This document shows positions 22,671 through 33,299 of a stretch of DNA of 64,000 nucleotides, in pieces. Made by a program: the position numbers and the translations under genes. Location of the stretch: assembly GCA_965261085.1 (NCBI GenBank), contig OZ253442.1, positions 608,001 through 672,000 of the forward strand. The letters are read 5' to 3'. Below the pieces are notes generated by a model. That model ran no database searches. It saw only the letters and a program-made list of their open reading frames with translations, and had not been told where the DNA came from. The DNA is from a bacterium (GTDB taxonomy: Bacteria > UBA8248). Within the stretch, counting starts at the first letter, position 1, and each line of letters begins with the position of its first letter.

Positions 22671-23724
22671 TGATGAGTCCTCTGTGAAAATGGGGAGAAG
22701 CCGATACGGCGTACTCCCTGGGGTCGGTGCTTCTTAATTCATCGGCCGCGCGTTCGGGAGCCACCTCGTTGATGTGCGCGCCCAGGCCCGTCTCGAGGCC
22801 CGCCAGGGGCGTGAGACGCGGGAAAAGCTCGATATGCCAGCGATGCGCGTCAGGATTATCCTCCGCTCCTTTCGCCGCAAGCAGAAAAGAGAGGTTGACG
22901 GGCGGATCGTGAAGAAGTTCCTTATAGCGCCTCAACGTCCGCGCCAGGGCGCCTCCGGCAGCGGCGATTGCTCCGGGCGGGCTCTGTGTGAAGGAGGCCT
23001 CCGTCGGCCAGGGGCTGATATAGGTGAGATAGGGAAAGCGCGAGCCCCAGGGGCAGAACACGGAGGCTCCCTCTTCTCCCGTTTCGACCATCCGCTCTCC
23101 GCCTTCGCGCTCCGCATCGAGCATGTGATCTAAAAGCGCGGTTTTCCGCTCCTTGTAGAAAGCGGCCTCTTTTTCCAGCTTCTGCTCGACGACGCCGGTC
23201 CCGACCGGGAGGACAAGTATCTGGAAATGTGAGTGGAGGATGGATGCGCCCGCCTGCGCGCCATGATTCTTGAAGGCGCAGACGCAGCGAACGCCGGGGG
23301 CCTCGGCGAGCGCCCGGGTCCTCTCCTGCAGCAGGCGCAGAACCTCGGCCGCATGCGCTTCGCCCAAATCGGCCAGGCCCTTCGTGTGACGGGGCGAATC
23401 GATGAGCACCTCGTGGCGCCCCCCGCCCCTGAGGGAGAAAAAGCCGTCTTCGCCCTCGCGCGCAAGCTCTCTGCTCCCGACGGCAGGATATTTGTTCGCC
23501 ACGCAGCGCGCGCGCCAGCCGGGCGCGTTCTTGGCGCTCCCGTCTTCTCTGATGGCGGCAACCTCGGGCGGCGTTTCGCCCTCGTTTCCGGGGCAGAAGG
23601 GGCAGGCCGGGTCGTCTCGCGCAGGAGTGGCGTTTGCGTAAAACGCAGGATGGGGCCGCGCGCGCCTGTCGGGTGCGATGAGCGTCCATTCGCCGCGGTG
23701 CGGGTCGTATCTTAACTCGGGCAT
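22663..23724 (-). CDS. galT: Galactose-1-phosphate uridylyltransferase
   Basis: MPELRYDP, CPFCPGNE, NKYPA, FKNHGAQAGASILHSHFQ (HxHxQ). Confidence 0.85.
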   Translation of the reverse strand: MPELRYDPHRGEWTLIAPDRRARPHPAFYANATPARDDPACPFCPGNEGETPPEVAAIREDGSAKNAPGWRARCVANKYPAVGSRELAREGEDGFFSLRGGGRHEVLIDSPRHTKGLADLGEAHAAEVLRLLQERTRALAEAPGVRCVCAFKNHGAQAGASILHSHFQILVLPVGTGVVEQKLEKEAAFYKERKTALLDHMLDAEREGGERMVETGEEGASVFCPWGSRFPYLTYISPWPTEASFTQSPPGAIAAAGGALARTLRRYKELLHDPPVNLSFLLAAKGAEDNPDAHRWHIELFPRLTPLAGLETGLGAHINEVAPERAADELRSTDPREYAVSASPHFHRGLINE

Positions 23725-24111
23725 GAGCGTCTCGCTTTTTTGTGAATGCGAATACTAAAACAATGTTAGCATGCATGATAATTTTTCAAAGATAAAAAGA
23801 GGCGCTAGCGCAAAAAAGACGAAAGTTTGTTCGGCATGGTGCGGTATTCGGCTCTGCTCGCCTCCTGTCATGGGGCAGGGCGGGAGGCGCGCATGCCTTG
23901 GATGAATGGCGGTTTGCCTTTTCGCGCCGATCCGCATAAACTTTTGGACGACTCAAAAAACCAGACTTGGCGGCGCGAGGGGCGCCGTAGATTCAGTCCG
24001 CAAGCAAATCCGCAGGGGCCTTGGGAGAGGAGTTGGACTTTCTCTTGGGAGGAGGCTCCTGATCTTTTCTTTGAATCGACCGACTCACACAACGAGAACA
24101 GGGAGCCAGAC

Positions 24112-25146
24112 ATGAAATCCAGAGCTTTGCTTATCGCCATTTTCTTCGTCGTCCTAGTAGTGGGGGCTATCTCCGCGCCCGGCAGGGCGGACGCCGCCTG
24201 CAGTGTTCGTATCGGCGACCTGAACTGGGACAGCGCCAATTTTCACGATCAGGTGGCCGCCTTCATCCTGAAGCACGGCTACGGCTGCCAGGTGACACTC
24301 ATCTACGGCGCCTCGCTGCCGATCATGGCGGCCCACTACCAGGGGAAGAACGACCTGATCATGGAGCTTTGGTACGACAACGTAAAGGATCAGTACGACC
24401 CCGCCATGAAAAGCGGCAAGGTCAAGCAAGTGGGTGTCAACACACCGGACAGCGCACAGGGCTGGTACATACCGCGCTTCGTCCAGAAGGCGAATCCGGG
24501 CTTAAAGTCGGTCCATGACCTGGTGAAATACAAACACCTCTTCAAGGACCCCGAAGAACCCTCCAAGGGCCGGTTTGTGAACTGCATCCCCGGCTGGGGC
24601 TGTGAGGTCATCAACACGGTGAAGATGCGCGTCTACGGGATGGAAAAACATTTCACCAATTTCCGGCCCGGCTCGGGCGGCGCGCTCGCGGCGGCCATCA
24701 AGGGGGCGTATCTCAAGAAAAAGCCGGTCCTGGCCTATTACTGGGCGCCGACGCCGCTTCTCGGCCAACTCGATTTGGTCCAACTCGAAGAGCCGGCATG
24801 GAACGAGGCCGACTGGGACGATATGATGAAGCACGTGAACGCGCTCAAGAAAGGCGGCGTGGAGGCCATGGGGAATCCCAAGAAGGCGACCGCCTACCGG
24901 ACGGCGGAGTTGCCGAAGTCGGTCACCACGAAGTTCGCGGCCAAGAATCCCGGGATCGTCGCCTTCATCAAAAAGTACACCCTCTCGTCCCAGGTCGTCT
25001 CGAAGGCGCTGGCCTATCTCAAGAAGGAAGCCGGCGGCGACGCCGGGGCCACCGCGATTCATTTCTTGAAGACCAACAAGGTCTGGAAGAGTTGGGTTCC
25101 GGCCGACGTCGTGAAAAAAGTCGAGGAGGCGCTCAAATCGGCTTGA
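24112..25146 (+). CDS. Glycine betaine/proline-type ABC transporter substrate-binding protein (ProX-like)
   Basis: Signal peptide, LNWDSA, NCIPGWGC, YYWAPT. Confidence 0.88.
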   Translation: MKSRALLIAIFFVVLVVGAISAPGRADAACSVRIGDLNWDSANFHDQVAAFILKHGYGCQVTLIYGASLPIMAAHYQGKNDLIMELWYDNVKDQYDPAMKSGKVKQVGVNTPDSAQGWYIPRFVQKANPGLKSVHDLVKYKHLFKDPEEPSKGRFVNCIPGWGCEVINTVKMRVYGMEKHFTNFRPGSGGALAAAIKGAYLKKKPVLAYYWAPTPLLGQLDLVQLEEPAWNEADWDDMMKHVNALKKGGVEAMGNPKKATAYRTAELPKSVTTKFAAKNPGIVAFIKKYTLSSQVVSKALAYLKKEAGGDAGATAIHFLKTNKVWKSWVPADVVKKVEEALKSA

Positions 25147-25208
25147 GCCGCGCACGCGCGATGCCTTTTTCTCGTGAAGTTGCGTCATAGTCCCGGGGAG
25201 GCCCGCCC

Positions 25209-26117
25209 ATGATGAACTTTATCCGCGGACTGTTCCCCGAGTGGGCGGTCGAGTGGCCCAAGGGCCTGAACCTGCCGCTCAATAAATGGACCAACGATTT
25301 CGTGGAATGGCTGGTCACCGAGTACGGGGTCATCTTCGAGACCGCCTCGGACGGGATTCTCGTGGTGCTGGTGGGTCTGGAGCGTTTCCTGCGGGATCTT
25401 CCCTGGGTCGTCGTGTTCGTGGGCGTGATCGCGATCACCTACTTCTCGAGCGGGCGCAAGCGGGGACTGACCGCCCTCGTGGCCGCTTGCATGTTCCTCA
25501 TCGGCCTCGTCGATCCCAAGCTCTGGGACTATTCGATGATGACGCTTTCGGTGATGCTGGTCTCCACCATCATCTGCATCGGCCTGGGCGTTCCGGTCGG
25601 CATCGGGATCTCGAGAAACGACGAGATGCGCGACATGGTGCTGCCCGCGCTCGACCTCATGCAGACCATGCCGAGCTTCGTCTATCTCATTCCGGCGATC
25701 ATGCTCTTCGGCCTGGGCGCGGTGCCCGCCGTCTTCGCCACGGTGATCTACGCCATTCCGCCCGTCATCCGCCTGACAGATTTAGGCATCCGCCTGGTGG
25801 ATGAGGACATCGTCGAGGCTTCAGACGCCATGGGCGCGAGCAAGAGGCAGAAGCTCCTCCGCGTGCAGATACCGATGGCGCTGCCCAACATCATGCAGGG
25901 AGTCAACCAGACCACGATGATGGCGCTCTCGATGGTGGTGGTCGCCTCGATGATTGGAACCCGCGGACTCGGCACCGAGGTGCTCATCGGCCTCCAGCAG
26001 CTCAACGTCGGGCGCGCGCTGGAGGCCGGCGTGGCTATCGTGCTGCTAGCCATCGTCATGGACCGCGTCACCCAGGCCTATGGCGGGCGCTTCATCCGCA
26101 CGAGCGGGAGGGAGTGA
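25209..26117 (+). CDS. Glycine betaine/proline-type ABC transporter permease (ProW-like)
   Basis: LDLMQTMPSFVYLIP, EAA-like motif, GVNQTTMMALSMVVVASMIG. Confidence 0.92.
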   Translation: MMNFIRGLFPEWAVEWPKGLNLPLNKWTNDFVEWLVTEYGVIFETASDGILVVLVGLERFLRDLPWVVVFVGVIAITYFSSGRKRGLTALVAACMFLIGLVDPKLWDYSMMTLSVMLVSTIICIGLGVPVGIGISRNDEMRDMVLPALDLMQTMPSFVYLIPAIMLFGLGAVPAVFATVIYAIPPVIRLTDLGIRLVDEDIVEASDAMGASKRQKLLRVQIPMALPNIMQGVNQTTMMALSMVVVASMIGTRGLGTEVLIGLQQLNVGRALEAGVAIVLLAIVMDRVTQAYGGRFIRTSGRE

Positions 26118-26121
26118 GCCT

Positions 26122-27150
26122 ATGGCGCTGATCGAGATACGAAACGTCTACAAGATATTCGGAACAGGACGCGCGGGGGAAACCGCGCTGGACTTGGCCC
26201 GTGCGGGAGTCGAGAAGAACGACGTGCTGGTCGAAACCGGCTGCACGCTGGGGCTGAAAGACGTGAGCCTCTCCGTCGAGAGCGGGGAGATTTTCGTGGT
26301 CATGGGCCTTTCGGGATCGGGAAAATCGACCTTGATCCGCCATATCAACCGGCTGATAGACCCGACCACGGGCAAGATTCTCGTTGATGAAAGGGACGTT
26401 CTCGATCTCTCGCCCGAGGAGTTGCTCGCGTTCCGCCGGGGCGTCGTGAGCATGGTCTTTCAGCGATTCGCGCTCTTCCCGCACATGACGGTGCTAGAGA
26501 ACGTGGGCTACGGCTTGGAAGTCCAGGGAACCGAGTACGCTCAGCGACGACGGCGCGCGATGCGCTGGGTAGAGGACGTGGGGCTCATCGGTTATGAGAA
26601 CGCCTACCCGGCCCAGCTCTCGGGCGGCATGCAGCAGCGGGTGGGCCTGGCGCGCGCCCTGTGCACGGACCCCGACATCCTGCTCATGGACGAACCCTTC
26701 AGCGCCCTGGACCCGCTGATACGCAAGCAGATGCAGGATCATCTCATCGCGCTCCAGCGCGACCTCAAAAAGACCATCGTGTTCATCACCCACGATCTCG
26801 ACGAGGCGCTCAAGCTGGGCGATCACGTCGCGATCTTGAAAGACGGCGTGGTCGACCAGATAGGCGGGCCGGAGGAGATTCTGCTCTACCCGGCCACCGA
26901 CTACGTGCGCGAGTTCGTGCGCGACGTGAAGCGGGGCCGCGTGGTGACGGCGGGCTCCATCATGACGCCTCCGTGCAGCGAGACCACCGGACCTGTCGTA
27001 TCGCGCGACACCGTGCTTCAGGAGATTCTGCCCAAGTGCATCGAGAGCGAATCGCCGCTGCGGGTGGTGGACGCAGCGGGCGCCGTCGTCGGCGCCGTCT
27101 CGCGTGAAACCCTCCTGCGCGGCCTGGCGGATCGTTTCAGGAAGAGGTAG
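26122..27150 (+). CDS. Glycine betaine/proline-type ABC transporter ATPase (ProV-like)
   Basis: GLSGSGKST, LSGGMQQRVGLARAL, LLMDEPFSALDP. Confidence 0.92.
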   Translation: MALIEIRNVYKIFGTGRAGETALDLARAGVEKNDVLVETGCTLGLKDVSLSVESGEIFVVMGLSGSGKSTLIRHINRLIDPTTGKILVDERDVLDLSPEELLAFRRGVVSMVFQRFALFPHMTVLENVGYGLEVQGTEYAQRRRRAMRWVEDVGLIGYENAYPAQLSGGMQQRVGLARALCTDPDILLMDEPFSALDPLIRKQMQDHLIALQRDLKKTIVFITHDLDEALKLGDHVAILKDGVVDQIGGPEEILLYPATDYVREFVRDVKRGRVVTAGSIMTPPCSETTGPVVSRDTVLQEILPKCIESESPLRVVDAAGAVVGAVSRETLLRGLADRFRKR

Positions 27151-27416
27151 GGAGGGACCTGCGCCTCCGTTCGGTATTTGCGTCCGGCCTCTGAACAATC
27201 CTTCCTTCCACTATCGAGGCTGATCTGTAGTGACAGTCCCTCATCGGGATTGTCCCACAGGCCCCCGCGCCTGTCCGACGCGCTCGTCCTAAAAAGGACA
27301 ACCACAGGGGGTTGTCCCTACGGGAGACTCGATAATTTCGTAGGGGAGAACCTGCGTGTTCTCCCGTGCGGATGCGAGCACTATAAGAGCGGGCGGACAC
27401 AAAGGTCCGCCCCTAC
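27148..27416. repeat. Cluster of GTAG-family REP-like palindromes
   Basis: GTAG...hairpin / hairpin...CTAC pairs at 27227-27321 and 27340-27416; related copies near 32288, 33011, 37560, 42103 and 42153. Confidence 0.7.
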
Positions 27417-27565
27417 AGCCTCTCCTTGATTGCTGGAATTGACCCTCAAGAGAGAAGCAACCCCTTGCAATAATGACTTAAATCCGGTTCATTACGCCCG
27501 ACCGCAATGCGCGCGGCCGCTCAGGGCGCGCGCACATTCTCAAGAGATGGAAAGCGAAGAGGCGG

Positions 27566-28990
27566 ATGAGCGATTTTGAGAGAGAGACCATCGTTGCGCT
27601 GTCCACGGCGCCCGGGCGCGGGGCCATCGCCATCGTCCGCCTGAGCGGCGCCGGGTCGCTTCCCATTCTCGAGGGAATCTTCACGCCGAGGAAAGAAAGA
27701 AGAGCCTTTCCCGGGAGGAGGCCCGTGCTGGGACGCTTCATGGACGAGGGCCAGGCCTTTGATGAGGGTCTCGCGCTCTATCATCCGGGTCCCGATTCGC
27801 TCACCGGCGAGGACGTGGTCGAGATGCACTGCCACGGCGGCCCGGCCATCGTGGGGACCATTCTGCGCCTCGCCCGGGAGATGGGGGCCAGACCGGCCCA
27901 GGAGGGGGAATTCACCCGGCGCGCCTTTTTGGAGGGGAAGATCGACCTGCTCCAGGCGGAAGCCGTGGCGGACCTCGTGACCGCGCAAACCGAAAAAGCG
28001 GCGCGCGCGGCGCTCCATCACCTGGAAGGACGCCTCTCCAAGGCCCTGGAGGAGGTGTGGGAGAAGGTGGTGGAGGCGGGCGCGCACATCGAGGCGGCCA
28101 TTGATTTCCCCGACGAGTTCGAGCCGGGCGCGGGGCCTTCCGTTTCTGGCGCGCCGATGGGAAGCGCAGAACTCGCAGGCCTTTTCGCGGAGATAGAAAC
28201 CGCGCTCGGGAGGCTCATCGAGAGCTACCGCTCCGGCAGAATCTTGAGAGAAGGCGCGCGCGTGGCCATTCTCGGCAGGCCCAACGCGGGGAAATCCACG
28301 CTTTTGAACGCGATTTTGGGGGCGGATCGCGCCATTACCAGCGAAATTCCCGGCACCACGCGGGACACGGTGGAGGAAATTTGCGATATGGGGGGCGCGC
28401 CGGTGCGGCTCATCGACACGGCGGGTTTGCGCGATACCGGGGATCCGGTGGAACTCGAAGGAACCGAACGCGCCCGCAAGGCGGCGGGAGCAGCCGATTT
28501 GAGCCTGATGGTCGTGGACGTTACGGCGGGCGATGCCGAAGTGGCGTGGGCGGCCGGTGAGGCGAGCGCACTGGATTGTGATAATCTGTTTGTTTTCAAT
28601 AAGATAGATAAGGCATCCCATGAAATGAAAGAGTGCGCCCGCGCCTTGTTGCGTGAGTTGGCGCCGGATGCGCCCGAGGCGCTCTTCATCTCAGCACTTA
28701 CGGGCGAGGGGGTCTCCAAGTTGCGCGAAGAGGTGGCGCGTGTTTTGATTGATGAGGAGGGCATCTCGGGCGCCGAGTCTATGCTCACGAGGGAGCGTCA
28801 CCATGGCCAAATCGCAAAATGCCTGGAAGCGGTACGATGCGCCAGGGGGGGCGCCGAGGATGCGATCTCCCCCGAACTGGTGGCGGTCCACCTAAATGAA
28901 GCGCAAACCGCGCTCTCAGAACTCCTGGGCAGAGATTACGGACAGGCGCTTCTGGACAGGATTTTTTCCACGTTTTGTATTGGGAAGTAA
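27566..28990 (+). CDS. mnmE: tRNA modification GTPase MnmE
   Basis: TIVALST, TGEDVVEMHCHGG, GRPNAGKS, GTTRD, DTAG, C-terminal FCIGK. Confidence 0.96.
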   Translation: MSDFERETIVALSTAPGRGAIAIVRLSGAGSLPILEGIFTPRKERRAFPGRRPVLGRFMDEGQAFDEGLALYHPGPDSLTGEDVVEMHCHGGPAIVGTILRLAREMGARPAQEGEFTRRAFLEGKIDLLQAEAVADLVTAQTEKAARAALHHLEGRLSKALEEVWEKVVEAGAHIEAAIDFPDEFEPGAGPSVSGAPMGSAELAGLFAEIETALGRLIESYRSGRILREGARVAILGRPNAGKSTLLNAILGADRAITSEIPGTTRDTVEEICDMGGAPVRLIDTAGLRDTGDPVELEGTERARKAAGAADLSLMVVDVTAGDAEVAWAAGEASALDCDNLFVFNKIDKASHEMKECARALLRELAPDAPEALFISALTGEGVSKLREEVARVLIDEEGISGAESMLTRERHHGQIAKCLEAVRCARGGAEDAISPELVAVHLNEAQTALSELLGRDYGQALLDRIFSTFCIGK

Positions 28991-29056
28991 AAATAGTTAA
29001 AATAACAACAAAGACTTAGCGTAAGAAAAAGTCCTCGCGTTGTCATTTTGCCAAAG

Positions 29057-29962
29057 CTATTTCCGAGTTAAGCGCTTTTTCCAATCTTTCGGTAACCACA
29101 TTGCCAGACGCCAACGCTTTTCTCGGGCTATCGGTTCAATCAAGTCCGCACATTGCTTGCACCATTGATCCCTGTTTCCCGTGTTCTTCAACAGACACCG
29201 CAACATCAGGAGAACGTAGAAAATGCGATCGTTTCTGGGTGGAGTCGGCTGGTTCCCAGCTTGGCCGCGCGGGGTTGCAGAGCGAATTGAAAGCTTTCTA
29301 TTCCAAAGCCGACCATGATGAGCGCACAAATTTCGAATATAAGTTAGCTGATGCAGCCAATCCCTCAATTTATTATGGTGAAGGCCCAATTGACCGGAAA
29401 TCGCTCTCTTGTCATCGTTCTTCAGCCCTTTGTAGCCGATAGACAAGCTTCGGAATGACATCACTTCCGCGGCCATCCAGATTGGCAAGACAGGAAAGTC
29501 CGAGTACGTGCGCTTATAGTGAGCGATAAAGACATCCGTGGAGCGTTCCGCCTCTTCTTTGATTTTTGTGATCCACTGAGAATGATCAAACTGAACATGA
29601 AAATTCGACGATTCGGTATGCCCGAAAGTACCGTACGTGTGGCCAAGGTGGTCTGTCATCAAAGTGCGAATATAAACTTCTACTCTCTCGATGGCATCCA
29701 TGACCGCCAACCGTAAATAGCGGTCGAACTCATACAGTTTGATGACTTCGCTAAAGTTTGCGCCCGGGACGAAGTTGCTCGTCACATTGGAATGCTTGTC
29801 TCGAATGCGAAACGGATAACAGTAGGCAAGTAGGCGGAAATAGTTGACGGTCTTGAGCTTGGATAGGGCATAAGCCCTGTCATTGATGGCCAAACCGCGC
29901 TTGCTGAGTCGAGCCAATTGCTGTTCGAACGTAAAGGGCGGCTTTGTGTAAACCTTCGGCAT
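29057..29962 (-). CDS. Abi family (AbiD/AbiF, Abi_2) HEPN RNase toxin
   Basis: YTKPP..EQQL..RGL, VNYFRL, LYEFDR.LR, PIWMAAE, HEPN RNLCAH (Rx4H); lower GC than neighbours. Confidence 0.88.
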   Translation of the reverse strand: MPKVYTKPPFTFEQQLARLSKRGLAINDRAYALSKLKTVNYFRLLAYCYPFRIRDKHSNVTSNFVPGANFSEVIKLYEFDRYLRLAVMDAIERVEVYIRTLMTDHLGHTYGTFGHTESSNFHVQFDHSQWITKIKEEAERSTDVFIAHYKRTYSDFPVLPIWMAAEVMSFRSLSIGYKGLKNDDKRAISGQLGLHHNKLRDWLHQLTYIRNLCAHHGRLWNRKLSIRSATPRGQAGNQPTPPRNDRIFYVLLMLRCLLKNTGNRDQWCKQCADLIEPIAREKRWRLAMWLPKDWKKRLTRK

Positions 29963-29986
29963 AGCGAAGAACCCTAAACACGAGCA

Positions 29987-30054
29987 TAAAAAAAGCCACC
30001 AAGGTTGCGCATCATCAATACACATAATTGATGAGAGGCGTGGTGGCTATGTTG
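29987..30054 (-). ncRNA. Putative abiF-motif RNA (antitoxin/leader) upstream of the Abi gene
   Basis: Nested stems AGCCACCA/TGGTGGCT (29994-30001/30041-30048) and TCATCAAT/ATTGATGA (30012-30019/30027-30034), U-run at the 3' end on the - strand. Confidence 0.7.
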
Positions 30055-30059
30055 CATTC

Positions 30060-30089
30060 AATATAAGCACCAAGCCATACTTATGTCAA
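30060..30089 (-). promoter_or_regulatory. Putative sigma70 promoter for the RNA + Abi gene
   Basis: TTGACA-N18-TATATT on the - strand directly 5' of the hairpin. Confidence 0.6.
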
Positions 30090-30324
30090 GAAAGAAAATT
30101 ACTCGATTGGTCTGTACATATATCAATCATGAGATTATTTGTAAAGAAATAGTCTGGAAATGGCAATCGCTCTTGGGGCCGCTCTATATTGGGTGGTTGA
30201 CGCAGGGGATCGACAAAAGCTTGAGTTTCGTGCAGCAAACGGCGTTGTTTTGCGCTGGATTTGTATAAATATGGACAAAATTGCGTTGGTATAATGGTTT
30301 TTATAAATTTATGGAGGTTTTCGC

Positions 30325-32247
30325 TTGAATTTTTCGTATGATGTCATCGTCGTGGGCGGTGGACACGCCGGATGCGAGGCGGCGCTCGCCGCCGCGCGCA
30401 TGGGCGCACGCACCATGATGCTCACCATGAACCTCGACACCGTGGGTCTGATGTCGTGCAATCCGGCCATCGGCGGACTGGCGAAGGGCGTTCTGGTGCG
30501 TGAAGTGGACGCTTTGGGCGGTGAAATGGCCCGCGCCATCGACGCCACGGGCATTCAGTTCCGGATGCTGAACACGAAAAAAGGCCCCGCCGTACAGGCC
30601 CTGCGCGCCCAGGCGGACAAGCAGCGCTACCGCGCGTATATGAAAAACGCGGTCGAAAGCCAGGCGAGCCTCGATCTCAAGCAGGGATTGGTGCAAAAAC
30701 TCCTGGTGAAGGACGGGGCGATAGCGGGTCTTCAGGATCATTTCGGGGAAACCTGGGAGGCCCGGGCGGTCGTTCTGACGCCGGGCACCTTCACGCGCGG
30801 TCTTCTCCACTACGGCGACAGAAAAGTCGAAGGCGGGCGCGCGGGCGAGGGTTCGGCGAACGAACTCACGAAGCAACTCGTCTCGCTCGGCTTCGCCATC
30901 GGGCGCATGAAGACGGGAACGCCGCCCCGGCTGGACGCGAAATCCATTGATTTTCAAATACTTGACGTTCAGCCCGGTGACGACCCGCCCCTTCCGTTCT
31001 CCTACCGCACCCCCGCCATCGAACAAGAGCAGATGCCTTGCTGGATCACCTACACGAACCCGGCGACGCACGAGGTCATCCGCCGGAACATCGAGCGCGC
31101 GCCCATGTACAACGGCCAGATCGACGCCATCGGCGTGCGCTATTGCCCGAGCATCGAGGATAAAATCATGCGGTTCGAGGGCAAGCAAGAGCACCAGATA
31201 TTCCTGGAGCCCGAAGGACGCGAGACTTGCGAAATTTACGTGAACGGGCTTTCCACGAGCCTGCCAGTGGACGTGCAAATCCGGATGCTAAGAACAATCA
31301 AAGGCTTAGAGAGAGCCGAGATGATGCGACCGGGCTACGCCGTCGAGTATGACCATGTGGAGCCGACCGAACTGGGCCCAAGCCTGATGACGAAAAAGAT
31401 GCCGGGACTCTTCCATGCCGGCCAGATCAACGGAACGACCGGCTATGAGGAGGCCGCCGCCCAGGGGATCATGGCGGGAATCAACGCCGTTCACTATCTG
31501 CGCAGCGAGGAACCCGTGATTTTGAACAGGGAAGAAGCCTACATCGGCGTTTTAATCGATGATCTCATCACCAAGGGAACGGCCGAGCCCTACCGGATGT
31601 TCACCAGCCGGGCCGAGCACAGGCTCCTGCTGCGCCACGACAACGCGGATTTCAGGCTGATGGAACTCGGCCACAGGGTCGGTTCCCTGGATGAGGCCAC
31701 CTATCGCGCCTTTGAGACGAAGGCGAAACGAGCGAGCGAAGCCATCGCGTATCTGGAAGCCACGATGGTGAACCCCAAACCGGACGTCCGCAGCGCCATG
31801 GAGGCGGCGGGCTCCAAACCGCTCAAAAAACCATCCACCCTGGGCGATATTCTGAGACGCCCCGAAGCCGGCCCCGAACTGGCGATTCGGGTCGATTCGG
31901 TCGTCGGGGGCTGTTTTGTGGCTATTTGGGAGGCGCTTGAGGGTGAATCGCGGCGATACGTCATGGCTGAGGTAAAATACAAGGAGTATTTCGAGCGGGA
32001 ATACCAGCAGGTTCATCACCTGAGGATGGCCGACAGGGTGAAGATTCCAGACAGTATCTCCTATGCCGACGTGGGCCACCTGACCGCCGAGGTACGGCAG
32101 CGACTCGAGGAAATACGCCCCAAAACCCTCGGGCAGGCTAGCCGCATCTCGGGCGTGACGCCCGCCGCGGTCGCTGTTCTGGAAGTCTACATTCGCAAGC
32201 AAAACGGAAATTCCCGGGAGCAGGCCCTTTCATCGGCGCATAGCTAG
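30325..32247 (+). CDS. mnmG: tRNA uridine-5-carboxymethylaminomethyl synthesis enzyme MnmG (GidA)
   Basis: [55 protein letters not shown]. Confidence 0.97.
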   Translation: MNFSYDVIVVGGGHAGCEAALAAARMGARTMMLTMNLDTVGLMSCNPAIGGLAKGVLVREVDALGGEMARAIDATGIQFRMLNTKKGPAVQALRAQADKQRYRAYMKNAVESQASLDLKQGLVQKLLVKDGAIAGLQDHFGETWEARAVVLTPGTFTRGLLHYGDRKVEGGRAGEGSANELTKQLVSLGFAIGRMKTGTPPRLDAKSIDFQILDVQPGDDPPLPFSYRTPAIEQEQMPCWITYTNPATHEVIRRNIERAPMYNGQIDAIGVRYCPSIEDKIMRFEGKQEHQIFLEPEGRETCEIYVNGLSTSLPVDVQIRMLRTIKGLERAEMMRPGYAVEYDHVEPTELGPSLMTKKMPGLFHAGQINGTTGYEEAAAQGIMAGINAVHYLRSEEPVILNREEAYIGVLIDDLITKGTAEPYRMFTSRAEHRLLLRHDNADFRLMELGHRVGSLDEATYRAFETKAKRASEAIAYLEATMVNPKPDVRSAMEAAGSKPLKKPSTLGDILRRPEAGPELAIRVDSVVGGCFVAIWEALEGESRRYVMAEVKYKEYFEREYQQVHHLRMADRVKIPDSISYADVGHLTAEVRQRLEEIRPKTLGQASRISGVTPAAVAVLEVYIRKQNGNSREQALSSAHS

Positions 32248-32473
32248 TCATCGACCGGGCGGGGCCACTCCCCCTTCAGATCAGCATGTAGGGATAGGTC
32301 GTGACCCGTCCCCACGTTCTATTGGTCGGCAATCCCGACTTCTGTATTCTGAAATACCCATGAACATCCTTTCCCCGCTTATTGCCGGCCATGATGTAAA
32401 TATTTGATAATGATGGACTAAGCGAATCGGGCCGAGACCTCCGTTATGATATGTTTGTCTGCAGAAGGACTAT

Positions 32474-32713
32474 ATGGCCATGAAAATTGAATGTAGACAT
32501 TGCGGTTACTACCGACGGAACATCTCCCAGCTTGACGACACCGGGGAGTGTCAACGAATCGGGCGAGACGAACCGATTCCCACAACCGCGGACAGCTTTT
32601 GCCCCTACTTCAAAGACATCATGGACCTCGTCAGGGAAAGATTCGAGTCTCTCCGCCGCCTCGAAGGGGGAGCCTGGGCGGGGCGAGAGAAGAAAAACTT
32701 CCTGGAGTTGTAA
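32474..32713 (+). CDS. Small Cys4 hypothetical protein (possible metal binding)
   Basis: CRHC...GEC...FCPYF; AGGA upstream. Confidence 0.55.
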   Translation: MAMKIECRHCGYYRRNISQLDDTGECQRIGRDEPIPTTADSFCPYFKDIMDLVRERFESLRRLEGGAWAGREKKNFLEL

Positions 32714-32848
32714 AATCAGCCAAATAAGAACTTTTGCCGGATAAAATGAGCCAAGGCGCAGGAAATTCACTCCACCCCCCGTTTCCACCAGGCCCATACA
32801 CCAGAAAACGTAAGCCCTGAAGGCCCTTCCCGCCGGGGAGACCCCCAT

Positions 32849-32864
32849 TGTTCCACGTGGAACA
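32849..32864. promoter_or_regulatory. parS site 1
   Basis: Perfect palindrome TGTTCCACGTGGAACA. Confidence 0.92.
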
Positions 32865-33010
32865 TTATTCCGGGTTTGAAAATGAGCCGCAATGGCGCTT
32901 GGATGGAAAAAGTACGCGCTTCCTGGCGGTTGGTTTTTCTCCTCTTTGACCGAAAACACCCACAGAACACCGTCATCCCGGCGTGTTTACCGCCCGTGGG
33001 CGCAGAATAG

Positions 33011-33088
33011 GTAGGGACAACCCCCCGGTGGTTGTCTTTTTTCAGGAAGGAGAGAGGGCGTAGGACAGGCGCGGGGGCCTGTCCCTAC
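33011..33088. repeat. Inverted GTAG-REP pair (BIME-like)
   Basis: GTAGGGACAACCCCCC..GGTTGTC and GGACAGGCGC..GCCTGTCCCTAC; near-identical arms at 42153-42236. Confidence 0.7.
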
Positions 33089-33166
33089 CCATTATTCGCA
33101 CCGCTAAAGGGGCGGGATTCCTCCTAAAACCCTGCTGCTCAATTTGCGGGGTTCGTCCCCTTCCAT

Positions 33167-33182
33167 TGTTCCACGTGGAACA
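33167..33182. promoter_or_regulatory. parS site 2
   Basis: Perfect palindrome TGTTCCACGTGGAACA. Confidence 0.92.
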
Positions 33183-33210
33183 TTTTCTCCCCCGGAATTT
33201 CAGGAAATTT

Positions 33211-33226
33211 TGTTCCACGTGAAACT
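33211..33226. promoter_or_regulatory. parS site 3
   Basis: TGTTCCACGTGAAACT, one mismatch to consensus TGTTNCACGTGAAACA. Confidence 0.8.
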
Positions 33227-33299
33227 TCCGGTTGAATTTTATGGGATGGTGTGAGAATCTTCGGTTGCGCAGCGTATTTCCATCCGCCCTGAAAAAAAC

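Noticed and set aside
21615-23724. Capsule or galactose operon
   Set aside because: capB/capC and galK/galE are not adjacent; only family-level calls are supportable
23725-24111. Riboswitch in the long leader of the betaine-type ABC transporter
   Set aside because: GC-rich hairpins are present but I recognise no known aptamer consensus; an Rfam scan is needed
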